Shown: piece after piece, positions 1 to 11,220 of the stretch | How positions within the stretch are numbered: the first letter of the stretch is position 1 | How the letters are laid out: every line of letters starts with the position of its first letter | DNA from: Somniosus microcephalus | Taxonomy: Eukaryota | Assembly (NCBI GenBank): GCA_052327205.1 | Contig: CM126224.1 | Location: forward strand, 29,078,001 to 29,142,000 | Length of the DNA stretch: 64,000 bases | Direction: 5' to 3' | Made by a program: the position numbers and the translations under genes | The notes under the pieces: model-generated | The model's input: the letters and a program-made list of their open reading frames with translations, nothing else | Told to the model about the DNA's origin: nothing | The model's database searches: none

Positions 1-2539
1 GTTACAGCCCAGTATCGCCAGGCTTTGCCTGCACGCAAGGTCACAACAGTGTGGAGCAATGAAGTCATCCCAAGATGTTTTACAACATTTTTTTGCATGC
101 AAGCAATAAAATAGAATACCACATTTCCTTCAGTCTTGCCTCATTATGTACAAGGTTAATTTACATAGATCTGTATAGAAACTTGTTACAATTGTTCAGT
201 TCCTAGTAATTAAAGAATAGATTTATTTTAATATCTGTTTAGCCAGCAGAGAAATATTTTTTATATACTTGTGCTACAGTATTGCAGAAAAATTCTTCTA
301 CAACACAGTAACTTGAAATATATTGCTTGTTATGTTAAATGTGCAAGAGTTACTTAAATCAGATTAAAGGAATCGGAGTCGAGAAGTACTTTTTGCCTTT
401 TATTATATCTTACTCCTATTAAATCCAGATTTGCTTTTGTTTTGTTGTATAAAAAGATTAAAGGATCAATCGCCTAATATTTAAATATATGACTAAAATT
501 AGTGCTATTGTGGGACAAGAATTAATACATTTGGCAAATAAAATTACATCTAATTCTCTTTCTAAAATCCAGTCTGCAATATACCTTTTTATCCAGTGTT
601 AAGTAAAAGTTATCTACTAATACCATCACTGATTAATGCTCCTAGTGCAATCTGAGTAACTCTAAGAGTTGTCATTGTATCTTATACAAAAAACACTGCT
701 TATCGTAATACTTCCCATCATTAAGGTTAGTGTATACTTTAATATTCCCTACTTTTTGTTTTGTTTTTCACTTTTTTTTTTCTGTTACCCTTCAGGGACT
801 TTTGTGTGTCTCATTCAGGCCATTGGGTAGGACACCTCCAGGCACCAAAACATATCTCCTCAGAATTAAAATGTTGGTCTTGTCCTAAACTGACTCCTGT
901 GGGATGGAGCAGATTTTTCCCTCCCACATTCCCCTCCTCCCAGTACCTCAAGGTGAGAGACCATAAGGGGAAAAATGGCAATGAAGATGATGGTTGTTCT
1001 AACAAGTACGGGAAGAACAATACATTCTTTTAACAATTTGTGAGCTGTGAACCAACTAGTTAAGTTTACTGATCCGATATATAAAAACACATTGGAAAAA
1101 TTCACACAGTCAGTCTACTGATCAAACAATGCAATAGGGCACTAATGTTTCCATTTTGAAATATCTGTACAGTTCAGAAGTATTAGATTACCTCGCCTCC
1201 ATTTCTTTTCCTGCATTTCCCTATACTGTAGTCTACATATACTAAAACATTTCAAATAAATGTGCCCCCATCACCTTCAGGGAGACTCTCGTTAACATGG
1301 GGCATAACTAATACTGATACAATTTTATGATGAAACACATTTTCTGGAGGTGACATCCAAATGTGCAGTGTTTGGAGAAACAAGTTTTAGCTTCAGAGCA
1401 AGATGAATGCTCCTGAAACTCTTGTTTTCTGACTGGATAGTAATAAAGATTTGAGCCATGCTCTGTAGTTAAGAACATTTGTATCGATATGGCTCTGAGA
1501 TGCGGTTGTAAAACACTGCACCTCTTCACCACTACCTTGTCTCCCTCTATTGCCATGCTGTGTATTGTATTTACTGGAGAATGAAACAATTGCAATGCAA
1601 CAGAGAAAGGTAAAAACAATGGAGTGTTTGTCAAACAGCTTGTGTACTTGAAATAGCGAACAAAGTTAGCTTTAGGGCTCTTCCTGCCACTGGTTACGTG
1701 TTCAAACTACATATCTGTAGCACTTGAATATTTTTTGCTCCTCTGTCCTGGATTTCTGGTTTTAAAAAAAATTCCTCCAGAATGATTGTGTGAAATTAGT
1801 GATTTTTTTTTTCATGAGTATAAATGTAATCTTGCATGATATCAATTGCGGGGGCGGGGGAAGAATTTGCTTAGAAAAGGGTCATAATTTTAACGTCATA
1901 TCTGGAGCTCAGTAAATTATTCCAGTTATTAACCAAACCAAGAGTTACAGCACTACCTGGCAAAGCTATAACCAAATGTCATCATGGGTATAACTTTAAA
2001 AGCAACACTTGATATTTGTTAGTCGTCCCCACTACCTTTTTATTACAGTATATTTTTGAAAACGTGTCTGTAAATGTGTAATTAATAAAAGTACTCCAAA
2101 TTCATAATCTAGTTCCCAATGTATTAAAAGTAAAGTTCCCAATGTATTAAAAGTTAACTGCACTTGATTCTGAGATTTCATACAATTCAGTGAAAGGCAG
2201 TGATGGTTTAAAAATCTTCTTAACCCTTTCTCACCCAAAGTCATCAAGCAAGGCCAACTAACTCACACTAAAAAATAAATAATGGATTTTCTGAATGGGG
2301 GGGGGAAAGGATTTAAAATTACTGAAAGTTGTTAGTTCCTGAGGGGAGAAAAAGTTCAAAAGAAGCCTGTTTAGTTCCATCACATACGGGTGTTTTGATT
2401 TACAGTGTAAAGTTTTGGCTATTAGGCCAGTTTGTACTAAATATTTCAGAATTATTTAAAATATAAAATTTCTGCCAGGCAGGTTCTAGTTTTAGATTCA
2501 AAATAGTAAGAGTTCCAGCATATTAGTTCCTAACATAAA

Positions 2540-2915
2540 TCCAGGCTGACACTCCAGTGCATTACTGAGGGAGTGCTGCACTGTCGGAGGTGCCGTCTTT
2601 TGGATGAGACATTAAACCGAGGCCCCCGTTTGCTCTCTCAGGTGGATGTAAAAGATCCCATGGCACTATTTCAAAGAAGAGCAGGGGAGTTATCCCCGGT
2701 GTCCTGGCCAATATTTATCCCTCAATCAACATAACAAAAACAGATTATCTGGTCATTATCACATTGCTGTTTGTGGGAGCTTACTGTGTGCAGATTGGCT
2801 GCTGCGTTTCCCACATTACAACAGTGACTCCACTTCAGAAGTACTTCATTGGCTGTAAAGCACTTTGGGACGTCCGGTGGTCATGAATGCGCTATATAAA
2901 TGCAAGTCTTTCTTT
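2540..2915 (+). mobile_element. Deu-domain SINE (SacSINE1/AmnSINE-like), 5'-truncated
   Basis: Core gatgtaaaagatcccatggcactatttcaaagaagagcagggg...gtcctggccaatatttatccctcaa and tail gctatataaatgcaagtctttcttt; homologous to 25543-25996. Confidence 0.75.
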
Positions 2916-3640
2916 CCCCTAAATTGAAATGGATACTACTTGAGCCTGAGTACTGGAACTCATTGTTTTTCTTTCCTAATCTAGAATTCACTTGACAACA
3001 ACTCACTGTTTTATATGTGATTATTCTGTCTTCTGTGCTCATATTAATCTTAATACTGCTACCAGTTCATTACATAATTTAGGAATGATGTTGAAAATGC
3101 GTTTGTCATTTTATGTCCCATTAACGACACTGTGGAGACTACTGTCAACAAAGTGGAAGCAAAGCATTTGGTTAAAAACCTGTACAGTTGTAATTGCCTT
3201 GAAAGTAATCAATCAGAAAAAGTAAAACTGATCTTTTCAGTAGTTAATCTTAGAAGCAGTGCAAATGCTGACACTGTTAATTATAATTAATTCAAGTTGT
3301 GCCAAAAGACAATAAGTGACATTGGAGGCAAGTTATTTTGAAAGTTCCTGAAACTTTTTGCAGTGTACATTTAAGATATCTAATATAAAATCATGTCAAG
3401 CACTGCATTTGTGAGCATCAAATATTTTGACGCTAACCAGTTACATTCCTCTGAGATTTATCTATCTCCACACACTTCCAATTTAGATTTTACCAGCTTA
3501 GCCATGCTTAGTGCCAGACTCTAGTTTCAACTGGACTGAACTACTTTGGATCACTCATTACCACCTGAACCCATGTACTGTCTTCAGTCCCAAACAGATT
3601 AATAAGCTTCTGTTTAATTGTCTCCTGTTTTTAATGAAAG

Positions 3641-3862
3641 TCAAATAAGCCTTTCTGTTGGTGGAGGCTTCATTATGTTCCACATCTCCACCCTTGCTCC
3701 ATCCTTTTCCTGCCGACTGGGGCTATAGGTTCCCTGGGTTGCCCTCTTCTTTCGCATAGTGATCACCAGAACTATGATGGCGATGATGAAGATGACAAGA
3801 CCTCCAGCTGCAGCCACAGAACCAGCGATAATGGGAGTATCATTTCTCTGGGTGGTTCCTTT
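3641..3862 (-). CDS. Terminal exon B: transmembrane + CRB1-type cytoplasmic tail (GTY, ERLI)
   Basis: gttctacaacag|AAA GGA ACC, phase 0; [73 protein letters not shown]; intact and the same 73-aa length as exon A. Confidence 0.88.
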   Translation of the reverse strand, partial: KGTTQRNDTPIIAGSVAAAGGLVIFIIAIIVLVITMRKKRATQGTYSPSRQEKDGARVEMWNIMKPPPTERLI

Positions 3863-4901
3863 CTGTTGTAGAACATTACCATTGAGTAAAATGGAAGTGA
3901 GAAAGTTACACGGTTTGTTGTCCTTGTCCAGCAATGTGTATCTGGACTCAAGTAACAAATCCTCATCCTGACCTTACTGGGAGATTTTTCACCAACAGCA
4001 GTTTGTTCATAGAATAGGCAGGGACAGAGTCTGTCAGTAACAACTGTTGATGCAACAACATAGGTGCTTTCAAGCTGTGTACAGACTTGCTCATAGTGAA
4101 CTTGCCTTTAATTAGACATGGAAAAGATAAGACAATGACATCAGACCCAAAAAAGATTACTTCTATCCATTTGCGTAAAGAACACCATCACGGAATGTTA
4201 ACATGGAACCCTTTTCCAGCATAACCCTATATATAGATTTGGACAAATGCCTCCTTCATTAACACATAGTTCAGATTTTTTTTTAGATTAAATCAATTTA
4301 AATTTCAAGGCTACATGGCATTCTATCTTTAAAAAAAAAACACATGGTTCACTTAAGACTTAAAATTACTTTAAAAGTTCATTTAAATAAAAAAAAAAAT
4401 ATTTCCACCATAATTTCATATCAGTCAGAACACGAGCTTATCTAAAAACTTTTCAGTAAAATGCAACATGCTGGCGAAGGATTAGAATAATTGAATGGGA
4501 CACCTGTAAAAGCTACTTCTGAGACGGATGTGATCTTAGCAGAGGTGGTGATGGATCATATGAATGGGAATGCTTGAATCTGTCTTGGTTGACTGCAGTA
4601 GATAAAAAAAAGTTACATGTCATTCATGTGACATTGCAATGAGCAGCATACTCGGCGTGAATTTCCCCACTAGATGTTTCACTAGCTGCAGTTACTGTGA
4701 GAAAATTGCACAGCCAACATAAATTGGATTATATCAACCTCTCGGTGAAGCAGATGCCTAGAATGAGAGAATTTTCTCGGTGTATCAGAAGAATCCGTAG
4801 TCGTGAGCAGGCATATTGCTGAAGAAATGCTACCTGTAATGTCAGATATGAGGTCTACTCAAAACTAGAGCATCTTTTCCTCTAAGCGTTCAATCAAGCA
4901 A

Positions 4902-5123
4902 TCATATCAAGCGCTCTTCGGGTGGCACTTTAAGGACACTATCCATCTCCAGTCGAGCCCCAGCCACTTCCTGTTGGCTTGGATTGTACGTCCCTTCTGT
5001 CTGGCGCTTTTTACGGGCAGTAAGAACCACAAAAATAAGAGCTATTACAATCAGCAGCACACTCCCACACACCACCGGCACAGCTACTGCCAGCAACGGG
5101 ACAGGGTCGGCCATTTTCCCTCT
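4902..5123 (-). CDS. CRB2: Terminal exon A: transmembrane + CRB2-type cytoplasmic tail (FERM-binding GTY, PDZ-binding ERLI)
   Basis: cattgtctttacag|AGA GGG AAA ATG, phase 0; [73 protein letters not shown]. Confidence 0.95.
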   Translation of the reverse strand, partial: RGKMADPVPLLAVAVPVVCGSVLLIVIALIFVVLTARKKRQTEGTYNPSQQEVAGARLEMDSVLKVPPEERLI

Positions 5124-6884
5124 CTGTAAAGACAATGGGAGACAATAAGTGGGCCGCAAACCACTGCAGATTCTGTTAAATGCATTGTTCATAGTAACCT
5201 CTCCCTCTCCTTGGAATCGACTAAAATTATATGATGCAGATACCAGAAGCAAAAGCACAACAGACAGGGAAATCATACAGAGCATTGTTAATAAAACAGT
5301 AACAGTGTGAACACACCAAATTAATAATGTGGCCTGGAGTACCTTAAAGTAAACAATCATTGACCCATGCCAGTGGCACTTGTGAGATTTATTCAGAGAA
5401 AGTGTGGCACAGATTTACTTATTGCTTGTACTTTTGAGAAATCTCATTCTTCATCGGTGGAATGAATTTTGTGTCCATTACAACAGTCCCCCACCACTTG
5501 TCCCGGCCCCAGATACATACCTGAATGATCTACTCACACATAAACAGAAGAATGTCCCACTTTCAGTGGGCTTGTACAGGATTGAGCCAATTGATATACA
5601 GGTATGCTTATCATCTGGAACAAAAGGAGAACTTTCGGCATTAGTTGGGTCCTCGGTGTCTGTAAATTTCCAGTGTAGTTACAGAATGATTAAATCACGT
5701 GTCATCCTGCCACTTGTTCTATTCCACTAAATTATTCTTCATATGATGAACATTTAAAGGGATCAATAACTTAAAAAGACCAAAATGAAGTTCTAGCACC
5801 GAGGCCTGGCTATTCCAGCACGAGCCTGTTCTGAAAATCTCTCTCAAATGGGAAGTGTCCTTTTAAGTAAATTGGTGACTTTAGTTTAAATTAAAAGGTT
5901 TATTGTACATCCTTGTGAACATGGGATTGTGTTGTGATTTTCCACACAAGTTTCACCAGGTTATTTGGGGAGGGGGCTGAAGGGCAACTCTTCAACAGAG
6001 TTAAGGTTTTAGACCATGAATCAACCTGCACTGTTCTTATGGATGGCATGTGGTTACATATTGGAAATGGGTCATCTGTCTTTCCTCTCAGCATTGGAGT
6101 TGTGCACAAAGGGGAGGTTATACTCTAAAGAAGAGCAAGAGTGATGGTTCCTCTCTCTCAAAAAGAGAGATGGCTCCTCCAGTACCATAGTTGTAAATGG
6201 ACCACAAATTGTGGTACTCAGCCATTTGGACCAGAAAGGCCCCACTTTGTGCTAAATTAGCTGATCACATCTAATCTGTTTGTGGGTGCCACAATTGGTC
6301 TCCATGTTTTTGGATTAAGGAGGGAACTAATCTGCCAATATTCTGGCTGCTGTTCTTGATCCAATGATGATGATGGAAAGTGCATCTGTGTGGATGTCTG
6401 GAGAGGATAATAATGTGGATGTAATGTCCCCATGGTAAAATTACCTGCTAACCCTAAGTACACAGGAAGAATGGCCACTTGTGGAAGACACGGGTGCCCA
6501 CTGAGCCAACCTTCTCAGCAGTATACTTCATTTCTAAAACCTCACCTCTGCACTTCGAGAAGTTGGAGGTTGAATTGCAAGGTGGATATTTGTCTGTTTA
6601 ATTAATCTACCAGAATTGTAGGAAAAACAGCTAAGTGCTCTTGGAAAGACCGTCTTGAGGAATTTATCATATTCCGATTGAGTCCTGGGTACATCACAAA
6701 ATCTGAGCCAACTAAATTAGCTCTCCAAGGTGCTGCAAATGCTTCCCTCCCCTCCCCAGCATGTGGTGACACCCAAAATGTCCCCTGTATTTTGCCCCGA
6801 TAGTCACAATATTATGCAAAGTTTGTAGTAAGGCCAAGAAGTAGGTTTAGCTGCCAAACTCTTGGTAATCTGACCTTACTTGTA

Positions 6885-7065
6885 ATAGGAATAGGCCATT
6901 CAGCCCTTTGAGTCTTCCGCCATTCTGTTAGATCATGGCTGATCTGTACCTTAACTCCATTTATCCACCTTTGCTCCATATCCTTTGATACCCTTATCTA
7001 ACATAAATCTATCGATCTCAATCTTGAAAATGTCAATTGAACCAGTATCCACAGCCTTTTGGGTA
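6885..7065 (-). mobile_element. CR1 LINE 3' fragment
   Basis: QKAVDTGSIDIFKIEIDRFMLDKGIKGYG plus CR1 3' UTR (aggccattcagcccttt). Confidence 0.75.
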
Positions 7066-7254
7066 AGGGGTACATAGTCTTTAATAATTATGACACTCCT
7101 GGCAGTAGTAAATTTGCAATCCTTTAAGTTGACTTTCACCCAACCTGAATGACATCTCCCTCTTTTCTCTCTGTGGAATTGTTACTAGCTACAGTTTGCT
7201 ATGGGCATTTAAAAGCAAGAACTAAAATCATTAACATTATTTTTCTAGTTAGTT

Positions 7255-7838
7255 AATGTCCTGGACCAAAGTTCAGTTTTGTAAACAGGTTTTTCCCCGA
7301 CCCCCAGTTTCACTAAGGCTCCTTGGTGGCACACATGGTCAAGGGCAGTCAATCTCCCCTCACCTCTGGTACTCAGTTCATGTCCATGTTTGGGCCAAAG
7401 CTGTAATAACCAGGGCTGGTGCAGAGAGGTCCTAGCAGAACCCAAACTGAGCATTGGTGAGTGCTGCTTGATAACACTGTTGACGACTCCTTCCATCACT
7501 GCTGATAATTGGGAGTAGGCTGATAGAGCGGTAATTGATAGGGTAGGATTTGTCCATTTTGTGGACAGGACATAACTGGGCAATTTGCCACATTTTCAGG
7601 TAGATGCCAGTGTTGCAGCTGTACTGGAACAGCTTGATTAAGGGCATAGCTAGTTCTGGAGCACAGGTCTTCAGCACTACAGCAGGATGTTGTTGGGGTC
7701 CGTAGCCTTTGATGTGTTCAGTGCACTCAGCTGTTTCGTGATGTCCCGTAGAATGAGATCAGTTTGGTTGAAGACTGGCATCTGTGATGGTGAGCACCTC
7801 CGGAGGAGGCCGAGAAGCATCATCCACTCGGCACTTGC
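7255..7838 (-). mobile_element. LINE RT fragment (CR1/HER1-like)
   Basis: LKTCAPELAMPLIKLFQYS...W.IAQLCPVHK.DKSYPINYRSISLLPIIS, a typical non-LTR RT N-terminal region; frameshifted. Confidence 0.75.
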
Positions 7839-9387
7839 CATAAGGGAGCTAAGCAAGCCCTAGAGACGGTGCGGAGAATTGTAATGAGGTTGATACCTGG
7901 TATTATAGAGAGGGGCTATGAAGACTGACTTGATAAGCTACAGTTCTCAGCCTCGAAAACAAACATCTCCAATGGGACTCTTACAAATTATACAGTTTAC
8001 TACAAATAAACTGACTGTTAAATTATTGCACACAGGAATACAGCTAACCAGTGTGCAGAGGAATTTTAACCCTAATATCATTGGATAGTGAGTGGGCATG
8101 AGAGATGCCAATATGGCTTTCTGTGTCACCTCAGGAGCCTGTCTAGGAGATAATTTAATCATTCTAAAAATATTCAAGAAGTATAACTTTGGACAGGATA
8201 CGTACTGTTTTGTGGATTTTTGAGGTCACAAGTTTCCAGCTTGCTATAGATGAAGTCCCATTTGATGAATGATTGGAAGCAGGGCTTGATTATCTCCTTG
8301 TGGGCCCCACAACAGGACTACGGAAGCCCTGCAGATTGTCTGTAGAAGACTAAATCCAGCCATATGGCTACATTACACATTCAAATACACAGTACTGTGA
8401 ACCACATTTATGCACAAATCATAAATGCTTTGCTAATGGGAAAGTTACTATTTAATTACTTAATGCAGTAAAAGCTTCAGCAAGGTGTGCATTGCAAACA
8501 AGGTGAGAGCATTTTCCTGCTGATAGACAAATTGGAGATAATGGTCAACCCCAGAGGAATAAGTACTTGATAAGGAGGCAAAATCAATTAACCAAACCAG
8601 CACCCTTTCATTGCAACTAAAATTCTCAACACAGTAATAATTTCTCCAAACCAACACATACTGCAGTTTGTTAACACATTTCTTAAAGCAGCCTTTGATA
8701 TTTGGTTTGCAGATGTATTCTATTTAATGCTGATCCTGAAATAGTAACATCTTTACAATGTTAGCAAATGGGAGTAATTGGGGCAATCAGCAGTAATTGG
8801 TTCATGATATGGACTGTTTGGTTGAAAACCAAGTTACATTATTGGTAAAAATCTGTGTTGCTATCTTCTTTTCACCCTAAAGTCCCATGTTGATTTTCAC
8901 ATACATGTGCAGGAGTTAAATTATTATTTGCCGCAAAGTTAATTAATATGGAAAAATAATTAACTTTGATCATTTAGTATCAGGAGTTTTGTAAGTGCAT
9001 TATTAACTATTAGTACCAGAGTAGCATGCAAACTTGGCCCTGAAATCAGAGGCTGAATGTACTTCTTGCTACACATCTTTCCAGGTTTGTTTAACTCCAC
9101 CCCACCCCCCACCTGAGGACTAATTCCTCTGTGGACTGGAAGAGAAGGTTCCAAAGCTATCAACCTCTTTTATCCTTTATCACCCTGTTGTGGTGTAGAA
9201 CAAATCACGGGCAGGGTATATCAAACAGGACACAAGCTTGTGAAGGATCTGACTGTAGCAGCCTGATTCAGATCCATGAGCTTTACATGGTTTTAAAGCG
9301 CTTGCATTCCTGTCGTGGAAGGTCAGGAATGACAGCTTAGTGCAGCAGGATTGATGGTCTAAAATTGGGTTGGACATTTAAATATAC

Positions 9388-9694
9388 TACAGGAAACTTT
9401 CGATTAACCGGAAATATCGGTTAACCAGCAAAATTCAGGAGTCGGTTTCAGCTAACTTTTATAACTTTTATTACTGCACAGCAACAAATTGAGAAAGGCA
9501 AGGGTTAGGCTGCAGCTGTTGCTAAGCTACAGAGACGCTTGCAACTTGTGGACGTTCTTCTGAAGCTGGGTTTGTTGCTTCATGCAGAGCTCTAAGGTCC
9601 GTATCTTTCACTATAGCGTTCGGTTATCCGGAATTGTTGCTGAACCGGCACCACGTCGGTCCCGTCCGTGCCGGATACCAGAAAGTTTCCTGTA
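9388..9694. mobile_element. TA-flanked MITE (Tc1/mariner-pogo type)
   Basis: Ends tacaggaaactttc / gaaagtttcctgta form a perfect 14-bp inverted repeat including TA; second copy at 20162-20444. Confidence 0.8.
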
Positions 9695-10040
9695 TTCTAT
9701 TAAAATAAGTTTTAAAAAATGGGATCTTCCAATAAACCTTTTGACATTAAGCCTGTTTGAGTTTAGCTGGGTGAGTTGAATCAAACCTAGAAAGAAGAGA
9801 TTAAATCTCATTTTTCTGTTGGCTCTAAGGGTCATAATTGAAATCAGTTAGGCTCGACCCTGTTTCTTGTGGTTAACAATTGCAATACCAATTGCTTAAC
9901 TTCTCACTCAGTGATCCCAAAGTCATGACTTCTGAAGCTGGGGGTTGAAATACTCGGTTGGGGCAAATTTACAACAACAACTTGAATTTATACAACACCT
10001 TTAATGTAGAAAAACAGCCAAAAGGTGTTTCACAACCGTA

Positions 10041-10602
10041 ATAGAAACATAGAAGATAGGAGCAGGAGTAGGCCATTCGGCCCCTCAAGCCTGCTCTGCC
10101 ATTCAATGCGATCATGGCTGATCATCCAAATTCAGTACCCTGTCCCTGCTTTCACCCCATATCCCTTGATCCCTTTAGCCTTAAGAAATATATCCAACTC
10201 CTTCTTGAATATATTTAATGAATTGGCCTCTACTGCCTTCTGTGGTAGAAAATTCCACAGGTTCACCACTCTCTGGGTGAAGAAATTCCTCCTCATTTCT
10301 GTCCTAAATGGCTTACCCCTTATCCTTAGACTGACCCCTATTTCTGGACTCCCCCCACCATCGGGAACATCCTTCCTGCATCTAGTCTGTCTAGTCCTGT
10401 TAGAATTTTAAAGTTTCAATGAGATCCCCTCTCATTCTTCTAAACTCCAGCGAGTATAAGCCCAATCGACCCAATTTCTCCTCATACACTATTCCTTGAT
10501 CCCAGGTATCAGCCTGGTGAATCTTCGCTGAACTCTTTCCATGGCAAGAACATCCTTCCTCAGATAAGGCAACCAAAACTGCACACAATACTCAAGATGT
10601 GG
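10041..10602 (-). mobile_element. CR1 LINE 3' fragment nested in L2
   Basis: LGLYSLEFRRMRGDLIE; tail atagaaacatagaagataggagcaggagtaggccattcgg. Confidence 0.85.
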
Positions 10603-10994
10603 GTATCTGAAATCCGACAAACATCGACACTGAGTCACCCAAGGAGGTATTAGGTGGCAGCTAAACGCTTGGTCAAAGAGAGAGTTTTTTTTTTAAGGAA
10701 GGTCTTAAAGGAGAAGAGAGATTTAGGGAGGGAATTCCACAGAGCTTGGGGCCTAAACGGCTGAAGGTACGGCCGCCAATTGTGGGTCGAAGGAAGTGGG
10801 GATGGGGGAGGCCAATGTTACAGGAACGCAGTGTTCGCCAAGGGTTGTAGGGCTGAAGGAGGTTACAGAGATAGGGAGGGGTGAGGCCATGAAGGGATTT
10901 GAAGATAAGGATGAGAATTTTGAATTGGAGGTGTTGGCCCACCGGGAGCCAACGTAGGTCAGCAAGCACAGGGTTAATGGAGAGCGCGGGTTAG

Positions 10995-11220
10995 TGACGT
11001 AAGAAAACTACTAAGCACTTGGTTTGAGTATAAAACAAGGCTTTAATCAACTGTTTCACAACCATGAGTTTCTAGTTACATCACTAGTTCCTGGTTACAA
11101 AAACGTCCTGAGCAAGCTGGGCCCACGCCCGAATAGTTCTACTTTCCTTGGATGGCGCCACCAGTTGGCCGCCCAGTGTTATCTCATGAGTCATTTCTAC
11201 AAGAATGGTAAGATTCATGA
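10995..11220 (-). mobile_element. Solo LTR (~226 bp) with 5-bp TSD GTTAG
   Basis: gttag at 10990-10994 and 11221-11225; reverse-complement homologue of 23266-23493 and 56707-56933. Confidence 0.75.

Noticed and set aside
811-1105. Minus-strand ORFs with a hydrophobic stretch (IVLPVLVRTTIIFIAIFPLMV) as a possible further Crumbs TM/tail exon
   Set aside because: No basic stop-transfer cluster, GTY motif or ERLI/CLPI end was found in the frames examined; the resemblance is too weak.
5890-6790. Possible decayed LTR-retroelement integrase remnant
   Set aside because: Only vague motif-like fragments and no continuous frame; would need a translated profile search.
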